In this document: in pieces, positions 23,306 to 31,800 of the stretch
Layout: every line of letters begins with the position of its first letter
How positions within the stretch are numbered: position 1 is the stretch's first letter
IMG/VR virus record: IMGVR_UViG_3300029231_000022
Span: 1-41,930 of that record
DNA: 41,930 nt
Direction: 5' to 3' (one strand)
Source: a virus
Notes under the pieces: generated by a model
Databases searched by the model: none
The model's input: the letters and a program-made list of their open reading frames with translations, nothing else
What the model was told of the DNA's origin: nothing
Program-made: the position numbers and the translations under genes

Positions 23306-23962
23306 TCACTTCCTTTTCAGCGTCGCAATATTCCCCTGAAAGCCGACCTCCAGATCCAGCGCCTTTGCGATGTCGCGCACCTTGACGTAATTCGTTCCGC
23401 CCTTGAGGATGCGGTTGACCTCGACCTTCTTTCCATCGACGATCATATAGCTCTTTTCGACCACCTCGCCCACCTCCTCTACCTGTCTGCGGAATTTTTC
23501 CAGTCCGTCACCCTTGACCCAATACGCCGGGCACTGTTTCCCGGTCACGTCATAGTGCCGGATAATGTGGTCATAGGGGATCTTGTACTGCTTGCAGAGC
23601 TGGTACACCAGCTCCGCCGCGTTCTGGAGGGTCTTGTTTGTCGCCATCACGCGCCCGTCCCGCTTCGCGTCGCACAGCTCCACGCCGATAGAATTTGCAT
23701 TCCGGCAATAGGGATGCTTATACGTCCGCGCCCCGCAGTGATAGGCAACGTAGTCATCCGGCACGCTGCGCGTGATGGAATCATCGTCCACGAAATAGTG
23801 CGCCGATGCGACGGGATTGAGCGGCTGCTGAAAGTAGCGCCCGTTTGATTCGTCCGAGTCACCATCGTTAGCAGTATAGTGCATAACGATCCACTCGATC
23901 TTCTGTGTGCGCTTGCCGCCGTAGTTGGAGCGGTGCGCAAGCTGCGTTTTGATCTGCACCAT
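23306..23962 (-). CDS. Endolysin, N-acetylmuramoyl-L-alanine amidase (Amidase_2/PGRP type)
   Basis: IEWIVMHYTAN...SAHYFVDD...AYHCG...NSIGVELC. A C-terminal ~50-aa putative wall-binding module follows. Confidence 0.8.
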   Translation of the reverse strand: MVQIKTQLAHRSNYGGKRTQKIEWIVMHYTANDGDSDESNGRYFQQPLNPVASAHYFVDDDSITRSVPDDYVAYHCGARTYKHPYCRNANSIGVELCDAKRDGRVMATNKTLQNAAELVYQLCKQYKIPYDHIIRHYDVTGKQCPAYWVKGDGLEKFRRQVEEVGEVVEKSYMIVDGKKVEVNRILKGGTNYVKVRDIAKALDLEVGFQGNIATLKRK

Positions 23963-23966
23963 AGCG

Positions 23967-24035
23967 TCACCCCCGCATCAGGAGAAACAGCATCACACAG
24001 GCTGCGGCAAAGCACGCGATCCCCAGCCACATCAT
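23967..24035 (-). CDS. Unlisted 22-aa hydrophobic peptide between holin and endolysin
   Basis: ATGA overlap with the holin stop. MMWLGIACFAAACVMLFLLMRG ends 4 nt before the endolysin ATG. Confidence 0.4.
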   Translation of the reverse strand: MMWLGIACFAAACVMLFLLMRG

Positions 24036-24244
24036 GCCTGCGTCCCTCCGTCCTTGTCCACGGCGTCCTGCATCTTCTGGCTCTGCGTGCCGAAGTAGAA
24101 CGCGATGATGACCGCATAGATGGTCATAAAGTCCTGACTGATCTTCCCGACGATTGCCATGTACGCGAACACCGCCGTCAGCACCAGCGTCACCAGCGAC
24201 TTGACGCTCAGAAGATTCCCCAGCCGCTTCTTGATTTGTTCCAT
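24032..24244 (-). CDS. Holin-like two-TM protein (70 aa)
   Basis: SLVTLVLTAVFAYMAIV and MTIYAVIIAFYFG helices with a charged C-terminus. It lies just upstream of the endolysin; only the 22-aa ORF 23967..24035 lies between them. Confidence 0.6.
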   Translation of the reverse strand: MEQIKKRLGNLLSVKSLVTLVLTAVFAYMAIVGKISQDFMTIYAVIIAFYFGTQSQKMQDAVDKDGGTQA

Positions 24245-24496
24245 TTAATTTTCCTCCCCATCATTTTTGTCCTTTGCAAACACTCTCTTGAATGCCAGCA
24301 GCGCCAGCTCTCCGCCGAAGAACGCCCCGGCAAAGGTCAGCACGTCCGACAGGTCGCACGTCCAGTCCAGCACCGCGCACAGCGTCTTGAGCCCCACCGC
24401 CCAGATCAGCACGCCCGTCAGAACGCGGATGCAGTAGATCACGATGGTCTTTGCCATTTCCCCCTTGCGCCAGCGGCGCTTGTTTCTGAGCATCAT
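24245..24496 (-). CDS. Second holin-like membrane protein (83 aa)
   Basis: ATGA overlap start, MMLRNKRRWRKGEMAKTIVIYCIRVLTGVLIWAV... Two hydrophobic helices. Confidence 0.5.
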   Translation of the reverse strand: MMLRNKRRWRKGEMAKTIVIYCIRVLTGVLIWAVGLKTLCAVLDWTCDLSDVLTFAGAFFGGELALLAFKRVFAKDKNDGEEN

Positions 24497-24792
24497 TTCA
24501 GCCCCAGCCGCACCAGTGCATACGCGATGAGCCCGCCCACAAGCGCCGTCAGCGCCGTTTTGAGCACCGTGTCCCACGCCTTTCCGGGCTTGTCCCGCAA
24601 AGCCTGCACCGAGCTGTCCAGCTGCTCAAAGCGCGTGTTGAGCTGCTTGAGCTGCTCCGCCATCACCATCACCGAGGATGATAATTCGTACAGCACCTTG
24701 TTGTCCTTTTCCAGGTCCTCGATTCTGCGCTTGTTCCCCTCACTGAGCTTTTCCACCCGCGTCATGCGGTGCTCCATGCTGATCTCATCCAT
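24493..24792 (-). CDS. xhlA: XhlA-like protein (coiled-coil plus C-terminal TM)
   Basis: RMTRVEKLSEGNKRRIEDLEKDNK... then TALTALVGGLIAYALV. Sits at the head of the lysis cassette. Confidence 0.55.
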   Translation of the reverse strand: MDEISMEHRMTRVEKLSEGNKRRIEDLEKDNKVLYELSSSVMVMAEQLKQLNTRFEQLDSSVQALRDKPGKAWDTVLKTALTALVGGLIAYALVRLGLK

Positions 24793-24894
24793 CTCTTATC
24801 TCCTTTTGTTTTTTAGTCCGGCAGCTCTGCCCGGATTCCCGCCTTTGCCGCCGCGATGTCTTTCAAATAGTTTTTCCGCACACTGCTCACGTCC

Positions 24895-25767
24895 TTACCC
24901 CTCGATCTCTTTCCATCCTGCCGGATATGCCGTAGGTGACCACACATTATTATCTATCGTGCTTTCATATACCTTGTTTTCAAAAGACACCTTATCACCC
25001 TTTTTATATGCGTCATTCGAGCCGGTTGGCTGAACGAACTCCGGGACGCTCACCGCAGGATCATCCGGCGCATCCGCAGAATTTCCGTCTACTCCTTTGT
25101 CCTCCCATGCAGCGGCATAATCCTTTGGACTGTGCGCCGTATCGCTTTTACACATCCAGAATTTCTTTTCAAAAATCATCCACTCGCCGCTCTTATACAT
25201 ATCGTGCGCCCCCATCGGCTGCACAAATTCTCTTGCAGTCTCCTTGGACTTTCCATGAAGCGGGCGATTGAACGTATACCATGCCGAATTTCCCGGCACA
25301 ATATCGGGATGAACGGCATTGTCGTATGCCTGAAAGCACTCCCATGTCTGTCTGTTGGCGTTATAAATCTCGCCCACAATATGCTTTCCATATTCCCAAT
25401 CGGCGTATAAGCCGCTCACCGTAATTCTTGCCTCATCTGTTTCAGCCGGAACACTGCCAGCCGCCATCATCATTTTCACAGCGCACAAAACGGACACTGC
25501 TTCGTTATATACCACTTCCTGCGCCTGCGGCTCAACCGGCTGCACCTCCGGCACATTCGTCAGCCGGAAGCCCCCCGCGATCGCCTCCTGCCGCAGATAG
25601 TCGGCAGCATTATCCGAGCCGACTTCAAATCCATCGTCCCGATACCTTGTTATGACGCCGCTGACCGCGCCGATGCCCTCCAGCCCGTCTGCCGCATAGC
25701 TCACGCTCTGCGCTGTCCTGACCCGCACTGCGTTCTGATATGTGCTGCCGTTCACTGTGATGTACAT
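24895..25767 (-). CDS. Carbohydrate-binding (CBM5/12-like) virion-associated protein
   Basis: GGAGGGGGG RBS then ATG (MYITVNG...). Repeated AxDxYKxGDxVxFExKxYxS...W.P motif, e.g. NDAYKKGDKVSFENKVYESTIDNNVWSP. Confidence 0.5.
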   Translation of the reverse strand: MYITVNGSTYQNAVRVRTAQSVSYAADGLEGIGAVSGVITRYRDDGFEVGSDNAADYLRQEAIAGGFRLTNVPEVQPVEPQAQEVVYNEAVSVLCAVKMMMAAGSVPAETDEARITVSGLYADWEYGKHIVGEIYNANRQTWECFQAYDNAVHPDIVPGNSAWYTFNRPLHGKSKETAREFVQPMGAHDMYKSGEWMIFEKKFWMCKSDTAHSPKDYAAAWEDKGVDGNSADAPDDPAVSVPEFVQPTGSNDAYKKGDKVSFENKVYESTIDNNVWSPTAYPAGWKEIEG

Positions 25768-25822
25768 TTTCTCCCCCCTCCGGCGCAAAAGCGCCGCGAA
25801 TTTTGTCTATGTTTGTTTAATT

Positions 25823-26167
25823 TTACCATGCACAAATTGTGTAGCTTTTTCCATTAGTAAGTGTAAAAGCCGTCGTGATCGTTCCAGTTTCAGGGTCAAT
25901 CCCCATTGCCGCAAGCTGATTCTGATTCGATGGTTGTGAGTAATAATTGAGATTTGAGTCTGAATTGGTTCCCACTGCAAATTTGAATCCGTTTTCAAGG
26001 CAAACCGCAGCGAGTGCCATAAACATATAATAATCTCCACCTTGAAATGTGAAATTCTTCTTCCCGACAAGCCTAGCGTCTGTGTAACTGTATGTGTTGT
26101 TTCCATTAAATTGAAATTCAACAACTTCGCTTCCACCAGCCAGACTTCTCGCAATATTGCACATCAT
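25823..26167 (-). CDS. Hypothetical protein (114 aa) in the AT-richer fibre-distal cassette
   Basis: ORF MMCNIARSLAGGSEVVEFQF... Confidence 0.55.
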   Translation of the reverse strand: MMCNIARSLAGGSEVVEFQFNGNNTYSYTDARLVGKKNFTFQGGDYYMFMALAAVCLENGFKFAVGTNSDSNLNYYSQPSNQNQLAAMGIDPETGTITTAFTLTNGKSYTICAW

Positions 26168-26246
26168 GCGGGCGTCACCCCGCTTTTATTTAGATGGGAT
26201 TTACCCCCCCGATGGGAATTTTTGCAAATTTAATCATGGTATCCTC

Positions 26247-26951
26247 CTATGCAAGCGTATATATGTTATTGCTTCCTTTTGCGACAATGGTTTCCGGGTC
26301 GAGCACAAATGCTGGGCGCACGCCTGCCGCACTCGACGAATCCCAGCTTGTCCGCCCACCGTTTTTTGTAACGACCCGGCCACTGCCGTTCCCCTGCGGT
26401 CGGCTGCGCATCCACCATTCATGTGCAACGCCGTTCTTGTTAGAAATGCGAAGCGGTGACGCATCATTCGTCATCTGAAAATATTCCAGTTTTGCACCAT
26501 CATAGTCGATACTTTCCATAGGTTCGCTCTGGAAGAAGCCGGTCTCTATCAAAGATAAGGCAAAAACATAGCGTTCCAGCTTCTGATATGTAGCGTCATT
26601 GTCCACAACAACAATTTGCGCAGAGAAGATGGCGCTTTTTGCTTTGTCAGACAGTCTTGCGTAAAACGTCGTGTTCATAGCTGTATCCAACCTTGAATAG
26701 GCATAGGGCATAGATTTTTTACTGCCGGATGTATTCGGACCATACACAGAATCCGTATCAGAGCAGTCCTGCATCAGCATCCATGTACCATCGCACCCCG
26801 CACCATATAGGTTATTATTTCCTGGTACGCCCTGATTGACGACAATAAAATTCTTCATCGTTCCATCCACAGCAATCTGAATGATACTGCCGACATCCAA
26901 AGTGCCAACTTTCACACCCCCAGAAGACCGCCTCTTGATATTACAGATCAT
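26247..26951 (-). CDS. DUF6273-like protein (WWxRS...GVRPAF)
   Basis: GAGGGGG RBS then ATG (MICNIKRR...). C-terminus is HEWWMRSRP...AAGVRPAFVLD. Confidence 0.55.
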   Translation of the reverse strand: MICNIKRRSSGGVKVGTLDVGSIIQIAVDGTMKNFIVVNQGVPGNNNLYGAGCDGTWMLMQDCSDTDSVYGPNTSGSKKSMPYAYSRLDTAMNTTFYARLSDKAKSAIFSAQIVVVDNDATYQKLERYVFALSLIETGFFQSEPMESIDYDGAKLEYFQMTNDASPLRISNKNGVAHEWWMRSRPQGNGSGRVVTKNGGRTSWDSSSAAGVRPAFVLDPETIVAKGSNNIYTLA

Positions 26952-26962
26952 GCCGCACCCCC

Positions 26963-28468
26963 TCAATCATACGTCGTAACGCGAATCGGAATATTCACGG
27001 TCGGCGTGTCCACCGTCGCCGGGAATTTCACCGTCAGGCTGTTCGCCGCCGTATTCGCGATGGCGCTTGCCGAAATGCCCAGCCATGCCTTCGAAAGCTC
27101 CGCGTCTGCCGCTGCGTCTGTGCCGCTCAGTGCCACGTCCACGAACGGCGCGGCGTTGTAGCTGGCTTTCAGCCCCGTCACCGAGACTGTCTGCGTTTTC
27201 CATGTCCCCGAGGTCACCCATCCCGCAGCCGTCAGCGTCGCCGTGTACACCGCCCCGAGCGTGATGTCGCCGGATAATGCTTTGCCGTTTACCTTGCGGG
27301 AGGTCGGCACTGCCCCGACCTCACTCGCCGTGTAGGTCGGCTTTTCTTCCGCCTTCGCCCAGTCCGGCACGGTCGGGTCGGTCTCCGTGTAGCTCTGCAA
27401 CGCCGTATCCGCCTTGCCGAGCGACGTCTGCACGTCCTTCGCAAGGTCGGCTTTGGCGACCGTGGACTTAAATGCCATGCTGCCGAGGTCGGCAAAATAC
27501 CGATAGATCTTGCCAAACATTGTGGACAGCTTTTCACCCGCCTTGAGATTGCTGCGTGTTTCTGCAATGCTGATACCCGATGTCACATTGCTGCCGTCCC
27601 CGCTCTTGGCGAGCTTTGTGTCCGCTGTATCCTGCGCTCTCGTTGCCGCAATCTGCGCGCTGCTTGCAGCCGACTGCGCGCTGCTTGCGGCTGACTGTGC
27701 GCTGTCTGCGGCTGACTGTGCGCTGCTTGCGGCTGACTGTGCGCTGCTCGCCGCCGACGCCGCAGCAGTTGCTTCATCCATCGCCGCGCCCGCCTGTTCG
27801 TCCGCATACGCAAAAATGTCCTGCGCCTTGCCCTGCGGGTCGTAGGTGGACGTGTGCATATCGCCCGAGCCTGTCCCGTCCTGCCCGTCATTGATCTTGA
27901 ATACGTGATCCCCGTTCTCGTCCGTGATGGTCACGGTCGTCACCTTGCCGGTCTTGCTGATCTGCACCGTCGGGCTGTAGCCCGGTGCGCCCGTGCTGCC
28001 CTGCGGCCCGCGAATGTTTTTCGTCCCCGGGTTCTGCAGCCCGCCGTCGTTCGTCCACGAAAGCTCACCGTCGTCGTTCACGCTCGGCGTGAACCTGAAG
28101 CCCCGCGGCCCGCGGATGTTCTTCGTCGCCGGATTCTGCAGCCCGCCGTCGTTCGTCCACGAAAGCTCACCGTCGTCGCTGACCTCCGGCGTGAACCTGA
28201 AGCCCCGCGGCCCGCGAATGTTTTTCGTCGCCGGATTCTCAAGACCGCCGTTGTTCGTCCACGAAACATTGCCGCTGTCATCCACGCTCGGTGTGAACGT
28301 AAAGCCCCGCTCGCCCTGCGGTCCTACCGCGCTTCCAATGTCAGCCACCGTCCCGTCCGTCAGCGTCAGCAGCAGATGCCCGTTCTCGTCGATCTCCGCC
28401 GCTTTCACCCCGCGCGAAACGTAGCCATTCAGCCGCAGCACCGCCTCCGGCGGAAATTCATATACCAT
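26963..28468 (-). CDS. Tail fibre protein with internal repeats
   Basis: 501 aa. Three 34-aa repeats (GPRGFRFTP..D.GELSWTNDGGLQNP.TKNIR) and five SAASSAQ heptads. Also KPTYTASEVGAVP...VNGKALSGDITLG, a fibre-type motif. Confidence 0.75.
   Translation of the reverse strand: MVYEFPPEAVLRLNGYVSRGVKAAEIDENGHLLLTLTDGTVADIGSAVGPQGERGFTFTPSVDDSGNVSWTNNGGLENPATKNIRGPRGFRFTPEVSDDGELSWTNDGGLQNPATKNIRGPRGFRFTPSVNDDGELSWTNDGGLQNPGTKNIRGPQGSTGAPGYSPTVQISKTGKVTTVTITDENGDHVFKINDGQDGTGSGDMHTSTYDPQGKAQDIFAYADEQAGAAMDEATAAASAASSAQSAASSAQSAADSAQSAASSAQSAASSAQIAATRAQDTADTKLAKSGDGSNVTSGISIAETRSNLKAGEKLSTMFGKIYRYFADLGSMAFKSTVAKADLAKDVQTSLGKADTALQSYTETDPTVPDWAKAEEKPTYTASEVGAVPTSRKVNGKALSGDITLGAVYTATLTAAGWVTSGTWKTQTVSVTGLKASYNAAPFVDVALSGTDAAADAELSKAWLGISASAIANTAANSLTVKFPATVDTPTVNIPIRVTTYD
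27653..27757. repeat. 5 x 21-bp tandem repeat (coding SAASSAQ heptads)
   Basis: Units CTG(C/T)GCGCTG(C/T)(T/C)(T/C)GC(A/G/C)GC(C/T)GA start at 27653, 27674, 27695, 27716 and 27737. Confidence 0.85.
28005..28310. repeat. 3 x 102-bp tandem repeat (34-aa fibre repeat)
   Basis: GGCCCGCG(A/G)ATGTT recurs at 28005, 28107 and 28209. Confidence 0.85.
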
Positions 28469-28483
28469 CGTTCTTCACTCCCC

Positions 28484-28849
28484 TCATTGCACTAGGCACT
28501 TGTTCCCCTTCGCCAGCGTCGTTCTCCGTGCGCCGTCCGTGTCTGTGTATTCATACTCCACGTCGTAGGTGTAGTCCCCCTCCGGGAACAGCGCCGTTGT
28601 CGCCTTGTCAAATACCAGTACCACCGCATCGCCGCTGATCGTTGGCACAAATTCCTTTACAAGTGTGTGCGTTTCGTCATAAAACCGTACCGTCACCGTA
28701 TCGCCGGCTTTCAGATGCACCCGCTCGCCATCCTGATCCTTGAGGTCTGCCTCAAGTCCCACACGGAAAACATCCCCCTCATACCAGCACAGCGTCCCAA
28801 ACGCAAACCGTGGCGACGGCTTTGCCGCCGGAATATCCATACTCATCAC
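28484..28849 (-). CDS. Small virion-associated hypothetical protein (121 aa)
   Basis: GGGAGGAGGTG RBS. Lies between the giant ORF and the fibre gene. Confidence 0.6.
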   Translation of the reverse strand: MMSMDIPAAKPSPRFAFGTLCWYEGDVFRVGLEADLKDQDGERVHLKAGDTVTVRFYDETHTLVKEFVPTISGDAVVLVFDKATTALFPEGDYTYDVEYEYTDTDGARRTTLAKGNKCLVQ

Positions 28850-28882
28850 CTCCTCCCTATTGTATCAGCCTCCGGCGGCAAA

Positions 28883-28895
28883 TCTCTAGTGCACC
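28883..28895 (-). promoter_or_regulatory. Third copy of the 13-mer GGTGCACTAGAGA
   Basis: TCTCTAGTGCACC on the + strand, 34 nt upstream of the 28849 start. Flanked by GGCAAA/TTTGTC, which can pair. Confidence 0.5.
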
Positions 28896-28899
28896 TTTG

Positions 28900-31800
28900 T
28901 CACGAATCTTCCTTGTCCCATTTCATCATGTCGTTCCACTTTTCCATGTAGCCCGCCGCGCGGTAGAACACGTTCGCCTGCCTTGCGATCTCGTTCTTTT
29001 CCTGCCGGGTCTCGGCGGCTTTGTACAGGGGCTTGAAGTATCTCGTGATCTGCGAGGAGATGTCCCGCTTCTGCACGCCGTGGCTCAGATAGTATTGCAC
29101 TGTCTCCTTCGCGTCCGTGTTCTGCTCCATCGCGTCCGTCAGTTTGCCGTACTTGGAGTAGTCAGGTCCGCCCTTCCATTCCTCCAGCATCCAGTAGGTG
29201 TCGTCCTCGGATTCATTCAGATTCTTGCTCAGAATGCGCGTTGCCATCTTCTCGTCGATGCTGCCCGACTGGAATGCCTCCTTCACCTCCGCGATTACGC
29301 CCTTCTGTATCTCCTTCCGCGCGTCGCTGTCCGAAAGCCCCTCCTGCTCCTTGAGCGCCTTGAGCTGCGACTTGTAGATCGGCTCGTACCCGTCCAGCTT
29401 CAGATCTCGTATCTTGCGATACATCTGCGCATAGTTGGCTTTGCTCGCCCGGTCTCGTTTCGCCCGCGCCTCCTTCGCCGCCTGCTCCTCTTCCGAAATG
29501 GCGGTCGCCTCCGCGTTGTTGATCGCGCTCTGGACCTTCTCGTCCGCCAGTTCCTCATCTAGGTCCATGTAGGCGTCCAACTGCGCGCGCTCGGTGTCGC
29601 TCGCGATCACGTTGTAGTAATACAGCGCCTTTGCCTCGTCCGAAATGTCATAGTCCCGCAGCGCTTCGAGCTTTGCCGCCTTCTTGCTTACGCCCTCCGG
29701 CACGTCCACGTCCTTCATCGCCTGAATGAGTTTCCACGCCTCGCGCTGCTTCACGTCCGCCGCGCTCATCGCGAGGTACGCGTTCGTCTCCTTCGTGCTG
29801 AGTTTTGAGAATCCGCCCTGTACCCAATCGCGCGCCTCCTTCGTGGCGTTGCGTCCGAATACGCCTGCCTGCACGTCGCGCAGCACGGTCATCACGCCCT
29901 CGTCGGTAAACACCGGGTACTGCATCTGAAGCTCGCCCTTGTTGTTTCGGTAGAACTTGCCGCCCTTTGCCACGGCGTAAATGCCCTGCGCCACCTTGCG
30001 TATCTGCCCGCCTCCGAACGGCAGCCCCAGATACAGCAGCGGGTCTCGGACTTCCTCCCATAGCTTCGCGTTCTTCGTCTCGCTGTCTAGCTCCTTGTTC
30101 GTCGCCACCTTCCAGATCGCAGACACATCCGGCAGCGCCGAGGAAAACGGCACGCGTCCGCCGCCGAGCACCCCGCCTGCCATCGGCAGCTCCTCGGCGG
30201 TGCTCGTCAAAAAGTTCGTCACCGTGTTCCCAAAGCCCGCAGGCTTTCCCTCATGGATAAAGCCAGCCTCCGAGCCGAACGCCACGTCGAGGACGTTGTT
30301 GAGCTTATAACCCGTCGCGTCGCCCACCAGCTCGTTCGTCATGTCGATCGGGTCAAGCGCCGCCCGTCTGCCCACGACCTTCTCGTAGAGTTCGTTGTAT
30401 GCCCACGCCGAGAAAAACATCTTGAACAGCGCCCACGCCAGCGCCTGCAAGCTCCGCTTGCGCATCTCGCGCGGCAGGTCCTTGAAGATGTTGGAGAACT
30501 GATTGTTCACCTCCAACTGGAATTGTGTAAACAGCTTCACAAACGGGTTTCTGGACTGGAACATCGTCGGCGTCGCGCCCTTGCTTCTGTCCGCCATGAT
30601 GTTTGCCGCAAAGCGATCCGCCTCGCGCATCGCGTCCTCCTCCAGCATCCCGCGCCGGAGGTTTTGGTTGTACCGCGCCCGGACGATCGTGTCTGCCGTG
30701 AATGTGTCGATCCACTCCATGGGCATAGACAGCTTTGCGCTCAAATTTCCCTGCCATGTCCGCACCAGCGGATCGCTGCCCCGGCGGTTCGTCAGGAACG
30801 CGCTGCGCTCCCAAAAGCCGTCGTCGTTCTTCATCGCCGCGAGGGTCTGCCCCATCGCCTGCACCATATCGCCCGTGGATACATAGCCCCACGCCTGCGT
30901 CAGCGGAATAAAGTTCGTCAGCCACGACCCCGGATTCATCGCCACCATGTTTGCCGCCGCGCGGCTCTCCAGCCAGCTCATCGCGTTGTAGAACCCGCGC
31001 CCCAGCACGCTCTCCACGCCCCGGTCGAGCTTGCTCTTCTTGTTCGCCAGCAGGTTTGTGTACTCATCCAGCCACGCCGCAAAGCCTGAAAGCTCAAACT
31101 TTGCGTTCTCATAGAGGTCCTTGATGCGCAGTTCCTTGTCCTGCTCGCTGATGCTATCATCCGCCCGGATCGCATCCACCCGCTCGCGCACGCCCTCGTT
31201 CGATGTGCGGTATCGGACCTCCGAGGCAAATGCCCGCAGCCGCTGGATGTTGTCCGTCTGGAATACGATGTCCGCCGCGCCCTCGATGTACTTGTCAAAG
31301 CCCTCCACCGCGTCATACGCTGTGTTAAAGCCAAGGCGCTCCTGCGCGTTTCCAAACCATGTGATACCGGGCTTAAAGGTGTGTGTCAGTCCGTTGATGG
31401 TCGTCGGCAGCGCCGTCACATCCGCTTTGATGCCCAGCGCCTTGCCCATCACCGCCAGCACGCCGTCCGTCTGTCCCGGCTGGAAGTGCGGAAAATACCC
31501 CTTGCGGTAGTCGATCGGCTCATAGCCGTTGCGCACGCGCACGTCGTTCATCTGCGTAAACAGCTCGTCGTAGATCCTTCTGAACTCCCCAACGGCACGC
31601 TCGACCTTCTCCTTTCGGATTCCGGGGTTCTTCTCCCACAGCTCGCGTACCACGGCTTCCCACTCGGCAAGCGTCTTTCCGTCCCGCTTCGCGTCCATGG
31701 GGCGCTTTGTGAGCTGCCGGATGTTGTCCATCGCCTCTCCGTAGAGCTGCACCGCGTGCGCCTCGCTCACCACGTCCCCGGCTTTGACCTTCCGGCTCAG

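Noticed and set aside
26190-26237. 15-aa mini-ORF MIKFAKIPIGGVNPI with a perfect AGGAGG RBS, between 26247..26951 and 25823..26167.
   Set aside because: It is too short to support and has no conservation evidence. The RBS overlaps the upstream stop and may be fortuitous. It is noted only as a possible leader peptide.
27653-27757. Short regularly spaced repeats that could look like a CRISPR array.
   Set aside because: They are contiguous 21-bp units without spacers. They lie in-frame inside the fibre gene, coding SAASSAQ heptads, and no cas genes are present.
26963-28468. The fibre repeats as a diversity-generating retroelement target.
   Set aside because: There is no reverse transcriptase gene anywhere in the genome. 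No template/variable repeat pair with adenine-specific differences is present. The repeats are tandem and in-frame.
28484-28500. A fourth, inverted partial copy of the 13-mer (TTGCACTAGGCAC).
   Set aside because: Only 8 of 13 positions match. It is in the opposite orientation and lies on a stop codon. The match is explained by the palindromic GTGCAC/CTAG core.
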